Assembly: GCF_964188315.1 (NCBI RefSeq)
Contig: NC_135655.1
Span: 53,878,001-53,942,000 of the forward strand
Source of the DNA: Podarcis muralis
Taxonomy: Eukaryota
Length of the DNA: 64,000 nt
Reading direction: 5' to 3'
In this document: positions 33,250 to 44,564 of the stretch, one piece after another
Numbering within the stretch: the stretch's first letter is position 1
Layout: each line of letters opens with the position of its first letter
Made by a program: the position numbers and the translations under genes
Notes under the pieces: model-generated
Seen by the model: the letters and a program-made list of their open reading frames with translations, nothing else
Databases searched by the model: none
What the model was told of the DNA's origin: nothing

Positions 33250-33320
33250 CAGCTGTCAACATTGTAGCAACAACAACCCAGGGTTTCCCGCCTAAAATAA
33301 CTGACGTGGACCTGATTACA
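33250..33320 (-). mobile_element. Continuation of the split LTR remnant
   Basis: Sequence contiguous with 25331-25452 once the Gypsy and one TSD copy are removed; right boundary uncertain. Confidence 0.4.
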
Positions 33321-33440
33321 GATAGGTAGCCGTGTTGGTCTGCCATAGTCAAAAAAATTCCTTCCAGTAGCATCTTAAAGACCAACTAAGTTAGTTCTTG
33401 GTATGAGCTTTCGTGTGCATGCACACTTCTTCAGATACCT
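33319..33440 (-). mobile_element. Penelope-like element terminal fragment
   Basis: GTAGCCGTGTTGGTCTG..CTTAAAGACCAACTAAG..GAGCTTTCGTG..CTTCTTCAGATAC resembles reptile PLE pseudo-LTR ends. Confidence 0.75.
33400..33439 (-). ncRNA. Minimal type I hammerhead ribozyme motif
   Basis: RNA GGUAU-CUGAAGA-A-GUGUGC-AU-GCACAC-GAA-AGCU-C^AUACC: complete core, 5-bp stem I, stem II, palindromic stem III. Confidence 0.8.
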
Positions 33441-35425
33441 GAGTGGATCTGAGTGAAAACTATCTACAGTATCCCCCTGCTGGCCCAGGGTGAAAACTTC
33501 AGTACATAACAGAAACAGTGTCTTCTTATATGCCTACCTCGGTATATAGTATAGTTGGTGGGGGAGGGATGTTTGAAAGGAAGAGAGATGGATAACAGGA
33601 CCAACCAAAGAATAACGTACATCTGCCTGACCTCCCAGTTAGGCAGCAGCATGATTCTCCAAGTAACTTAGTATTCAACCATCATTTTCCTGGATAGGCA
33701 AACTCATGTGTAAAGGTAAAGTGATGCTATGTCCTGGGGAAAACAAATTAATCTAGTACAGAGCAGCAAGCTAGTCTAGCCTTAATTCTTCTAACAAGAT
33801 AAGCCTTTTCTCAAACCATAGGTTTCCTCCTCAACAAAATGGGGAAAATATCTACAGAGAACCTTGAAAAGGCCATGATACTGATGATGATTAAAAACAC
33901 ATTTTAGCTTCATACACTGTGTGTATTACAGCTCAATTACCCTCGGCCTTGTTAAGTTGCTTCTGTGCTATAGTAATTTTATTAGGATACATTATGAAAC
34001 ATGTCCTACCACAAATAGCCATGGATCATGTCTCATTTTTGTGTCGTGTTGGTTGTTCCTGGAAGATAAAAGCAAATGCAAGTGAAATGTTCCACATCCT
34101 TTCATATTAAAGGAAAATACAAGGGGGAGTATGTCACTTACTTGTGAAAATTTATAATAATAGCCATAATATTTCAAGTTGCAGATGGCAAAAAGAAAAT
34201 AACAGTCTTATCTTAAACTGATTATTAATCTCTATTTACGTTTCAATTACTCCCAGGTAAGTAGGGTTAGGACTGCAGCTTGATTCAGGTACTCTGCCCA
34301 ACTATTTTCTCTTTCTTTATTCACTCTTTTACTGCCACACTACTTTTTCATTGTCTTATATATTTATCTTCAAATACAGCTCTTTTTCATTTGTCAGGAG
34401 GCTAATGCCTATTGTCATTTTTAATATTCCACATAGGTCAGGATGCTAATGTTTATTAACGTAGTACTCACAGCTGCAGTCGCAATATTATCCCAGTTGG
34501 AATAGGTGTGGTGGAAATTCAGTGAGACGTAGTTCACAATTTTGGTTATCTTTCATTCCTAAGATAAATTCTAAAATGACTTGGGCTGACAGACTAACCG
34601 AAAGTCAAACCTTTTTATGGAAAGATTCTTCACAATACATATTACAATACATATCCAGCTTAAATACATATTAAAACATACCGAATAAACTATAATTTAA
34701 TATGAACTTAGAGAAACCAAAGCACAACACAATCTATACAATTCTATTTACAATCAGCCACTGACAGTCATGATGAAAATGTGAGTCTTCAAGGGATTAA
34801 AAGTGTTGAGAGATGAAGCTGCTGTTACATATGATTAAATTTCATAACTGCTCAATTACCTCTGTCAGTTTTACTGCTCCGCCCCCCCCCCCCCTTGAAC
34901 TGCACACTGTAGTCCAGGCTTAAGGTTGTATTCTGAACTTTCCATTAATAGCATGGAAAGCTTTGGATGCACCTGAAATATTCTCAGGTGAAAGTGGGGA
35001 GAAGAGAGAATATTCACTAGTTCCCCTCTTTCTTGCAGCCCACCCCTAAGTCCCAGAGGGTCTTCAATTTCTCTGGAACAGATTTTAAGAAGGTGCCAGT
35101 GACTGTGGAGGGAAGGGGGAAGCAGTGGAATACCATCCCTTTTGCTGTCAGGATTAGAGTTGGGATCCAAGCCAATGTACTCAATTCAAAATGGTGCCTC
35201 CAGTACAAAGCAATTGAAAGTGAATGGGAATATGAAACAATTGGGTTTTGTTTGCCTTTACCCTTAATTTTCATTATAAAAACAAATGGCCTCATTTGTT
35301 TTCTTTTAGCTTTAAAAAGAATAACTGCCTATTACAGGGAACATATGGACCCTAAGCTGCATGAATCCACGTGTAAGATTCATGAAGGATGATAAAGGGA
35401 GAATGGTCTTCTTGAATATATATAT

Positions 35426-36052
35426 ATGTTCTGGGCAGAGAGGAAGTTCCCAGGCTAGTGTGTCTTTTCTTCTTTTGTTCCTTAATTAATTGAGGGATAT
35501 CTTGAGTGATTTCTTGAGTGATATCCTGAGTACCACTTAGGTGGGTCATTAGGTGTGGATTAGTTGCTAAAGCCTTTGTATCTTGACCTCTTGAACTTTG
35601 TGAAGAGTTTTTCTGAGAAGATGGCTGTACTGCACTTAGTTGTGCTCTGGCTTGGCTTCGTGTATAGGGGCGAGCTGTGGTTTTGTGGCCTGTGCCCGCC
35701 AGATCTGTGTAGGGATTGCAGGGGGGTGCAGCAATCAGGATATCACTCAAGAAATCACTCAAGATATCCCTCAATTAATTAAGGAACAAAAGAAGAAAAG
35801 ACACACTAACCTGGGAACTTCCTCTCTGCCCAGAACATTGGAGGCTATACACCACACCTCCTCAACAGTATTTATAGGAACTCAAACACTGAGATCCCGC
35901 TCTGTTCCAGTAACAAGAAGCCGAAAGCACCAGCCTGAAGATGACGAGTGAGACCTCGTCGAAACGTCGCCTAGACACCCCAACTTTTACACGGGAAGAC
36001 ACCCGAGGACACCAAAACCTGCATTCCTGTACCCGTGAAAATCTACGAAAGC
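35426..36052. mobile_element. Penelope-like 3' fragment with 5' inversion, inserted in (AT)n
   Basis: 104-bp inverted repeats 35426-35529 / 35735-35838; low-complexity ORF tail (RPYTRSQARAQ...QPEDDE*); hammerhead motif; AT repeats on both flanks. Confidence 0.7.
35933..35970 (+). ncRNA. Minimal type I hammerhead ribozyme motif (weak stem I)
   Basis: GC-CUGAAGA-U-GACGAG-UGAGAC-CUCGUC-GAA-ACGU-C^GC; only 2 bp of stem I. Confidence 0.6.
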
Positions 36053-36834
36053 ATATATATATATATATATATACACATTTCTTTGTGGTGGTTTTTCAAA
36101 ATTTGTATGTTTTGGTTCTCTCTGTACAAGGTGTGAATGGTTAAAATATGATGTATAACTTGAAAATCAAAATGAGCAATACTTCCTTGTATTTTTTTTT
36201 ACAAACTGGCAAAACTAGATCCTACATCTTTTTCACTTTTCCATTAGCAGAGAATAATAGCTGTAATAACAATTTCAGTGTCACTTTTTGTTGTTGTTGT
36301 AAAGGACCAGCAAGGCCCATAGAGTGGCCATGTTTAGACAGACTGTCCAAGACAGCTATTCAAGCAATGCCTGAAATGCTTATTGTGGATCAATTATTGC
36401 TGATGAAGGTTGTGCAAACATAAGCTGCCTTATTCAGTCACAAGCTCATCAGCTTGATAACCAGGTCCTTGGCCAGTGAAAGAGTTCTAGTTTCCAGTGA
36501 CAAGCTGGTTGGAGACCTCTGTGAAAAATAATTGGCCTAATAAGTGATTAAAAACCCCAAAACAGGCAGTTGTTCATACTGCTTTTCTGGCAAGCCCAAA
36601 ATTCCTACTTGACCCACAGTGACCAGTAACAAACTGGTACTGCATCCAAGTGAGAGGAGATGGATGCCAAATAATGAAGAGGACAGGGATGGAGGAGCAG
36701 CCTTAACTTGCCCTGCAGCCCTCACCCTCACTGGCACCAGCATGGAGTGCAAAGGTCCATGTAGCCATCTCCTGTTTCTTTCTCTCCTTGCTCCCAAAGT
36801 ATGTTGTCGCTTTTGGGCCTTTGGAGCAATGGGG

Positions 36835-37228
36835 AAATTTGTCAGGTTTTGTTTTCTCATTTTTCCCTGAATCTCCAGTTCTCCACATTTCCTCAACAAT
36901 TTGGTAGGGTGTTTTTTGTTTTTAAGTCCTCAAGAAAATTGATCATTAGTCTAATGTGATTTTTTCCTGTTGTACACATTTTGTATGTACTTTTGCCTGA
37001 TCTAATATACTTTTGTATAATATATTTTTATATGTTAGTTTCAGTAATATATGCACATTTTACTCTAGTTTGTGCATTTTTGTGCATATTAGTTGGTTGA
37101 AGAACTGCAAAATTCAGAGTAGTGCGAATTTTGAAGGATGACTGTTTCTGTTTGTGTATTGTTTCAGAAAGTTCATATTAGGTAGTTCCACCTTTAAATG
37201 CAAACTGGATCAAATTTCTATACCATTC
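36835..37228. mobile_element. Old interspersed DNA-transposon-like repeat; related pieces near 600-710, 41660-41900 and 56150-56560
   Basis: Shared motifs such as GCGAATTTTGAAGGATG..TTCTG..GAAAG..TAGGTAGTTC..AAATGCAAACTG; family not identified. Confidence 0.4.
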
Positions 37229-37254
37229 CAGGGATCTTGGGACAAGATTCTCTC

Positions 37255-37292
37255 CCTCCTCCTCCTCCTCCTCCTCCTCCTCCTCCTCCTCC
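37255..37292. repeat. (CCT)n microsatellite
   Basis: Pure CCT run; explains the poly-L and poly-E ORFs. Confidence 0.95.
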
Positions 37293-38121
37293 TTCTTCAA
37301 GATACACTGATTTTTCCCGTCCCTAAAAATCCATTTAAAACATAATTGTGCTTTAGTTTTATGTTCTTGGACCAAATTGAACTCACGTCACTGAAAAAGC
37401 AACATATATGTTGTTCTCACAAACTCTTTAAAATGTCACAGTCTACGGTTTCAAATACAATCCAGCTGTCTCCCTGAATTCTCAATGAGATGGGAAACAT
37501 GTATTGACTCTTTTGATTACACTGTGAAATTCTTCTTACCTACAACAATGAGGGTGGTGGATGTGGTGGGGGGGTGTCAAAAGGGAGTAAAATGCAGAAT
37601 GTGTTTTCCACTACACATTGCTAATGTAGCCTGTCCTCCCACACCATAGAATGGATTTAAGACCAGGCATTTGGAGGGAAAGGTTTTTTTGGGGGGGGAC
37701 ATAGACCTTCAGAGAGGGAGGGCCATGGAAAAAGGAGGTCTTCCCTTGCAAGCGTCCCCATTGAGGGTATGGCAATCTCTGCCACACTTATTCTTTGACC
37801 ATTGGAGAACCAATGGTGGTAATAGAAAAATGGGGCACACTAGGGAAGATTGTGGAAGGTGTTGTATCTATTGGATCCAGCATTTTTCCACCCTCCCATT
37901 CCCCCCAAACTCCTCTGAAAGCAAACAGGGAGCATTTCAGCCCTGAAGTACTTGGAGGGAAAATTGTGTTGGGGCAGCAAGCACCAGCCTAAAGAGGAAA
38001 AACTTGAGAAATGTTGCCTCCCCCCATGTTCTGCCCTTCTGGGAGGGGTACTAGTTAGGCAGTTTCTCTGCCTCAGTTTCTTTCTCCTGCCCCAACTTGC
38101 TAGGACTGCTCTGCCCAGATG

Positions 38122-38257
38122 TCCTTTAGCATCTTAAAGCTAAACAGATTTATTGCAATCTAAAACTTTTTGGCACTCCATTTGGCTTCATGGCTCTAGT
38201 CCATGAAAATGTGTACTATAATAAATCTGTTCATATTTAAACTACCACACGACACTC
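38122..38257. mobile_element. Highly degenerate palindromic Penelope-like remnant
   Basis: CTTAAAGCTAAACAGATTTATT...CTAGTCCATGAAA...AATAAATCTGTT. Confidence 0.4.
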
Positions 38258-39721
38258 GTTTGGGTTTGCTTTTACAGTGAAAGAGGGCTCTCTCTCTCAA
38301 GAATTTAGCAAATCAAGCAATGTCTCCTGAACATTGGTTAAAGGGGTTAAAGAAGACAGATGCACTGGAATGAACAGTGTAACTCCCAGAACTCTGAATT
38401 CCCAGACAATATTCTTCTGCTCTCTGTCCATTTTGAAAAATTCCTTCCCCACTGGAAGCATTAGGTCAACTCCGGAATCTCACATTTCAAAAATGGCTCC
38501 TTGTGTGAGACAACTCTCTTTTCTAGTGTGAGAACTGGAGTGAGTGCCAGGAGTTTTGACAAAATTCTACTCAGTCCAGTCATGTGGGATTCACACACAC
38601 ACTTTCCACCCTGTAGATGCTCATTTCTTCATACACAAGGTGAGGTGAGGTGAGGTGATCAGGGCTGACCAAAGACATTTTGCTACCTGAGATGAAGGAT
38701 GAGCTGGCAGCTCCCCACTCCCGCTATTCCATACACATTAGCCAACTAGACTGGATGATGGGATAGCATCCTTCACCTCACTGAAGAGCAGCAAGCTTGT
38801 TTAGGAGGTACACAATAAGTCATGTGGCATACACAGGTCTTTGTCCTTTATCTCACCACCATCTCCTTCATCACCTGCCTGAGGTGGCCACCTCTCTCCA
38901 CCTAGCAGTAGAGAAGTGATACAAATTCACACACAACCAGCAGAATGACATTCACATGTGAAGTAGGATGCCCCAGCACATAGACTGTTGTGCTTTCAAA
39001 CTCTTCCCACGTCTTCCATTCATAGTGTACTCGTAAAACAATTTCCTACCTGTGAATATTCTGCTTTGGTATATTCCAGTAACGTTGCATTAACAGATCT
39101 ATTGATCTGGGAGAATATGTTTTACTACTCTAACTACTTCAACACAGTACGAATAATCTTGATTGATATGTCAAATATGACACCTTGACCTTAGAGATTA
39201 CAGCAAAAATAATTTAATATCATTTCTTCTTCTAATGTGCATAATCATAAAATCATCCAGTTAAAGTTTTAGCTATTCATATCCTTAGTCACACGGCTTA
39301 AGAGATCATACTCCTCATTAGTCTTGCTAAACTTTTCCCCTCAGCAAGTTTTACCAGGTTTCCTCTGAGACTTCTTTCTGCTTAATGACTATGTGCTTTA
39401 AGAAAAGGCCAAAAGTCTGGGGTGGAAAGAAAATGTTTCTTTATCTTCTTCCAAAAGGGAAACAATATAAGCATATAGCTTTATATTTAATGCTTAGCAG
39501 TTGTATTCATGTTTGGAGGTTAGGGAAATTTATCCTTCATGTTTGTGACACCAAGGAATAGTCTATTTACTATATATCAGTTCAGTGATTATTTGGGTTT
39601 TTATATCTGCACATGCTGTGAATGTAAGACTATCCTCAGACCATATGCCTGAAATGAACTTCATCCAGCTGTGACCAAACCATCCTTCACATAGTTTGAC
39701 GGCTGTAGAATTAGCATAGTT

Positions 39722-39851
39722 CAGGGATGGGAACTCTCTAGATGTTGTTTGGCTACACTTTCTGCCATCTCAGACCATTAGCCATGTTGGCTGAGGCTGA
39801 TGGAAGTTGGAGCCCAACAACACCTGGTTAGCCACAGTTTCTCCAATTCAG
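39722..39851. mobile_element. hAT-type palindromic MITE
   Basis: CAGGGATGGGAAC..GATGTTGTTTGGCTACA..GGCTGATGGAAGTTG. Confidence 0.55.
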
Positions 39852-41156
39852 GCATAGATGGTTGAATACACACTTCCTAAGGAAAGTAAAGGAAAGGATT
39901 TGTTGCTTGTTTATATTGTTTTAATGTGTCTTGTGTACAGTGCTCAGATTTCCCTATGGACAAAGATGAGCATGCAGAGAAGAACATATGTCGGCATGTG
40001 TCCAATCATTTTCAGAAGGAATAGTTTAAACATGGAATAATTTCAGTGCCAATCAAGTGGCAACCGTAGTAAAGTTTAATTTCTTGAGTTATGGACCTCT
40101 ATATGGCAGCAAGTGTAAAACAATAGGCCCACTGCTTTTGAATATTCTTTTACAATATGAATAGGATGAGGCTTGCATCTACTGTCAAGCCTGAGATTCT
40201 TACTTGGACATCAGAAAGCTTGAGTAAGAGTTCCAATAAGGTATTCAATCTTTGCTTTGTTCTTCACCTCTCGGCACTGTTTGCTAAAGCTTACACCAGT
40301 CCTGGGATTAATTTGCAGGGCAGGGTCTCAATTACCCCATCCCTTTCTTTCTCCTTGAGGGATGGCTGATGTGTATCATTTCCCAGAGTTGCCCGTAACC
40401 CTATTTCATGTTGTGTTTATTCCTAGCACAAAGAGGGAAAGCTGTATGGTCTATTTTCAGACCTGCCATGAATATTTATATGTTGCCTACATCTTTACAA
40501 ATTAGAGAGCAGCAAGATGAATGAGGGCACTGAATCAAAGAAGACGTACAGTGTAATGCTGGCAGAAGTTTACTATCTCATTACTATTTAAAACCTGATG
40601 ACTTGGAGAAGGGAGGCAGTCTGCATCTATTTCAATATATGTCGCTAATGCTCTCAAACATGGAGGGTAAGATTTTTATCATTTAGTCGGAAGGGTGAAA
40701 GGTGGGAAAGAGCTGAATACTTCATTTTCAGAAAGAATTCGTTTTCAAAGTGCCAATAACACTTTGTTTTGCTAATCTCTAATTTACCACCAGTTTAGTT
40801 TCTTAAATAATATTCCCTCTGCCAGAGTGATGTGCTCATAATTGTTTTCAGGATTATATATTTTACCGTGCAAATAAAATATACAACATTTTGCCTTAGG
40901 TGTTCTGCTAATAACTATTTTGTATTTATTTAAGTTTTTTTGTAGATCCACTACATGTACTATCCACCTTGAAGCACTTTACCAATATTGCCAAATGGCT
41001 ATTGCAGTATATCAGGCATGGGGAACTCACTGCAGTCTGAGGGCCAAATTGCCTTCTGAGCAAGCTTCTGAGGGCCACATGCTCATGGTGGGTTAGGGTC
41101 AGAGGCAAAGGTGGGCAGAGCAATGCATGCAGATTTGATCTTTGTACAGAAGTGTA

Positions 41157-41160
<4 letters not shown>

Positions 41161-41200
<40 letters not shown>
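41161..41200. repeat. (CA)n microsatellite
   Basis: Pure CA run. Confidence 0.95.
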
Positions 41201-41202
<2 letters not shown>

Positions 41203-41344
41203 CTATGTTCTCCTTCCAGGCAAGCAAGCAAAAAGCATGATTAGGGTTCAAGTAGCATTATCAGGGTTTCTAAAAAGAAATGTCATTTTACTCTCATATG
41301 GTAAAAAGACTGCCCAACTGTCATAGAATTGTAGAGTTGGAAGT

Positions 41345-41457
41345 CCAGATGTTGCTGGACTACAGCTCCCATCAGCCTCAGCCAGCATAGTTAATGGCCA
41401 GGAGTTGTCGGAGCTGTAGTCCAACAGTGTCTGGAGGGCCACGGGTTCCCATCCCTG
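41345..41457. mobile_element. hAT-type palindromic MITE (one end truncated)
   Basis: CCAGATGTTGCTGGACTACAGCTCCCATCA...GTAGTCCAACAGTGTCTGGAGGGCC..GTTCCCATCCCTG. Confidence 0.65.
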
Positions 41458-41969
41458 ATTTAGACTTTGTTTTAGAGGGTATAGTGTCTGTTTCAAAATG
41501 GCATGTTCATTTTGTTTTTAAAATTTTATAGCTCTTCCTATTTCAGTTCACTCTTCTGCCTAGTTCTTCAATATTTATATTTTTTTTCAATGTTGGCACA
41601 TTACACCCAAGTTGCTGTAAGAACTGTGGACTATGTGTAGAATGTAGACACTGACGTTTTTTGAGTACCAGACTGCATCAGGCTGTCAACATGGATACAA
41701 AAAGCCTGCAAATATGTACAAACATGTACAAATCACAACTCAAATATTATATAATGCTACCCCTTTTGTGCATGTTTTCAAAACCACCTTTCACCTTGTG
41801 CATCCCCACATAGTTATCACATTCCAAAAGATATACCAAATTTAGTATAATATACACCATCTAGTAGAGCGACACAACTAATTTTGTGTAGTATTATTGC
41901 ATTGTCAATGCCAGGAATTTGGTGGGCTGCTTGTAGTATTCTCTGCTCCAGTTACCAAAATAAGGCCCC

Positions 41970-42283
41970 AGCTGTACTATGCATTTTAAAGCAGTATCAT
42001 ACCACTTTAAACAGTCATGGCTTCCCCCAAAGAATCTAGGAACTATAGTTAATTGAGGGTGCTGTGGGCTGTTGGGAGACCTTTATTCCTCTCAGAAAGC
42101 TACAAGTCCCAGAGCTCCCTGTAGAGAAGGATTTATTGTTAAGCCACTCTGCAAATTGCAGTTCTTTGGGAGGAATAGTGGTATCCTAATAACTCTCAGC
42201 ACCCAGAACAAACTACATAATCCCAAAATTCTTTGGAGGTAAGCCATTCTTGTTTAAAGTTATACGATAGCACAGATGGGGCC
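41970..42283. mobile_element. Palindromic MITE-like repeat
   Basis: Imperfect arms TTTAAACAGTCATGGCTTCCCCCAAAGAAT / ATTCTTTGGAGGTAAGCCATTCTTGTTTAAA. Confidence 0.55.
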
Positions 42284-42831
42284 ATGATTTTGAGGGAGTA
42301 AGGGCTTGCTTCTGAGTAGGCATGCATAGTATTTCACTATAAATTTTGGAAAATACTTGGAACTTCAATACGGGTATATATGTCTACAGTTATAGATGAC
42401 AAAGTAAAATAAATAGAGCTTAATTTCCATCAGGAACTAAAACTTAATAGGCAACACTTTTCTTCCATTCTTCACTCTAATAGCAGCAGCACTGAGGAAA
42501 ACAGTAACACTCCATCCTCATTTAAAAATCAGCATCAGGTAGTTTTAATCCTTCACTGTCTGACACATCCATAGCACACAAAAACTTCTTGCCTTTTTAA
42601 TATATACATTCCCATAGCAACCAGGCACAGTGTATTACAAGTCACTCTATTTCCCACTCTCCTCCTATTAATGTAGAACACAGCAGCTGAATCTTCTCTA
42701 GAACCATTCTTGTTTTGCTTTTGCAGTGAAAACCTGCATGTTTCTAAGGTTGCAATCCTATATCCAATGAACCCAATAGAACTTGCTTCTGAATAGGCAA
42801 GTACACAGTTGTTCTGTGAGTTGGATTACAG

Positions 42832-42955
42832 CAGCCTTCTCCAACCTGGTGCCCTCCATATGTTGTTGGACTACAACTCCCATCAGCTCCAGCTATTGTC
42901 AGTGTTGATGGTTGATGTTCCAAACATATGGAGGGCTCCAGGTTGAGGAAGCCTG
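42832..42955. mobile_element. hAT-type palindromic MITE
   Basis: CAGCCTTCTCCAACCTGG...CCAGGTTGAGGAAGCCTG TIRs. Confidence 0.7.
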
Positions 42956-43914
42956 GTTTAAAACGTGTTTTCCTCATCTCTTATAAACCTGAAAACACCC
43001 CCACTTCCATGAATGTAGAACTGTGGACAGAAAGCAATTGGACAGCTTATATCTATCTTTGGAAAGCTATAAAAATGTCATTTGGTTCACAGCCTGTGAG
43101 TTCTGGTCATAACTTTGTTCATTGGTATTATTTAAAAATCTCAGTTTGCCACCATTTACATGGGGGGGGGCAACTTGGCGCAATGGGGCTCCATGGTTGA
43201 CAATAACTTGGCATCACAGCCCAGATCACAGCTTGATCTAGCGAGAATCAATTGGTTTTCTTCAAGAGCAGCCCCACAAATGTTTCATTGCAGTAGTCTA
43301 ACTTGGCAGGTGACCAGAGTATAGATAACTGGCTAGGCTCTCTCTGTCCAGGAAGGGTCAAAGCTAGTGTGGACATTTTGTTTTACTGATACCCAGTTAT
43401 GATGCATATCCTTTTATTCTTTCATTGGGAATATGACATGAGCCACTTGCAGATATTTGCTATGAGGTGAAATGCCCTCCATGCCTGTATCACTCTTTGT
43501 CTTGGGCTGTAGGTAACAGAAGACTAGAAAACATCTTTATTAAAGCTCACTATCAATATGCTTGGCCGTATCAACATTATGATAAAATTACAGTGGGTCT
43601 CTAACCTTGACTATTATGCAGTAGTAGCTTTGTATTAACCACTATCTATAAATTAACACTGCTTGGAAACATATTAGGCATATGAAGCGTGGAGCTGTCT
43701 TATGTTATTACCCAACCAATCTCCTGTAATAGTGCCTGATTCACCTCTGCTTTAGTCAGGTCATTTCAATTCTTCCCTAGTTAGAATACAAGGGTTTTGT
43801 TTTTTTTTTAAAAAATAACTTAATCAGATGTTGGGTGATACAGATGTTGGCAATAAACAGAACACTGAAATAGTTTAATGGTGTAGAAAAAAATGTATGT
43901 GAATATGTGATCTT

Positions 43915-44268
43915 GGCGCTGTGGTCTAAACCACTGAGCCTTTTGGGCTTGCTGATCAGAGGCCGGCAGTTCAAATTTGTGTAATAGGTTGAGCTCCTGT
44001 TGCTCTGTCCCAGATTCTGCCAACCTAGCAGTTCAGATAAATAGGTACCACAGCAGCGGGAGGATAAATGGCATTCCCATGTGCTCTGGCTTCCATCACG
44101 GTATTCAGTTGCACCAGAAGTGGTTTAGTCATGGCCATGGCCACTTGACATGGAAAGCTGTCTGTGGACAAACGCCGGCTCCCTTGGCCTGAAAGCGAGA
44201 TGAGCACCACACCCCATAGTCACCTTTGACTGGAGTTAACCGTCCAGGGGTCCTTTACCTTTCTACCT
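43915..44268 (+). mobile_element. Sauria SINE (older, diverged)
   Basis: GGCGCTGTGGTCTAAACC head, GCCAACCTAGCAGTTC body, CCTTTACCTTT tail. Confidence 0.8.
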
Positions 44269-44439
44269 TGTGACTTATTCCCATTTTCTTTAACGTGGTG
44301 AAAATGTCACTATATATCTGCACTGGTACTCCAACCACCCAGTGAACTTCATAGCTGAATAAGGATTCAAACCATGATTTTGTGTATCCAAACCCCAACC
44401 TTTAGCCACTGAACAAGCCTAGAAAGGTTCGTGCTCATA

Positions 44440-44564
44440 ATGGATCCAGACTAAGTTAGCTGAACTTAGATGCCATTGAAATCAATGGGATAAGTTAGTC
44501 ATTACCTAATTTAAGTCCCATTGATTTCAGTGGTAACTAAGTGAAACTAATTTAGTTTGGGTCC
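44440..44564. repeat. Short palindromic MITE-like repeat
   Basis: TGGATCCAGACTAAGTTAG / CTAATTTAGTTTGGGTCCA arms with inner CCATTGAAATCAATGG repeats. Confidence 0.5.

Noticed and set aside
40204-40330. Strong minus-strand donor CAA|GTAAGA
   Set aside because: All three upstream frames contain stops and there is no polypyrimidine acceptor.
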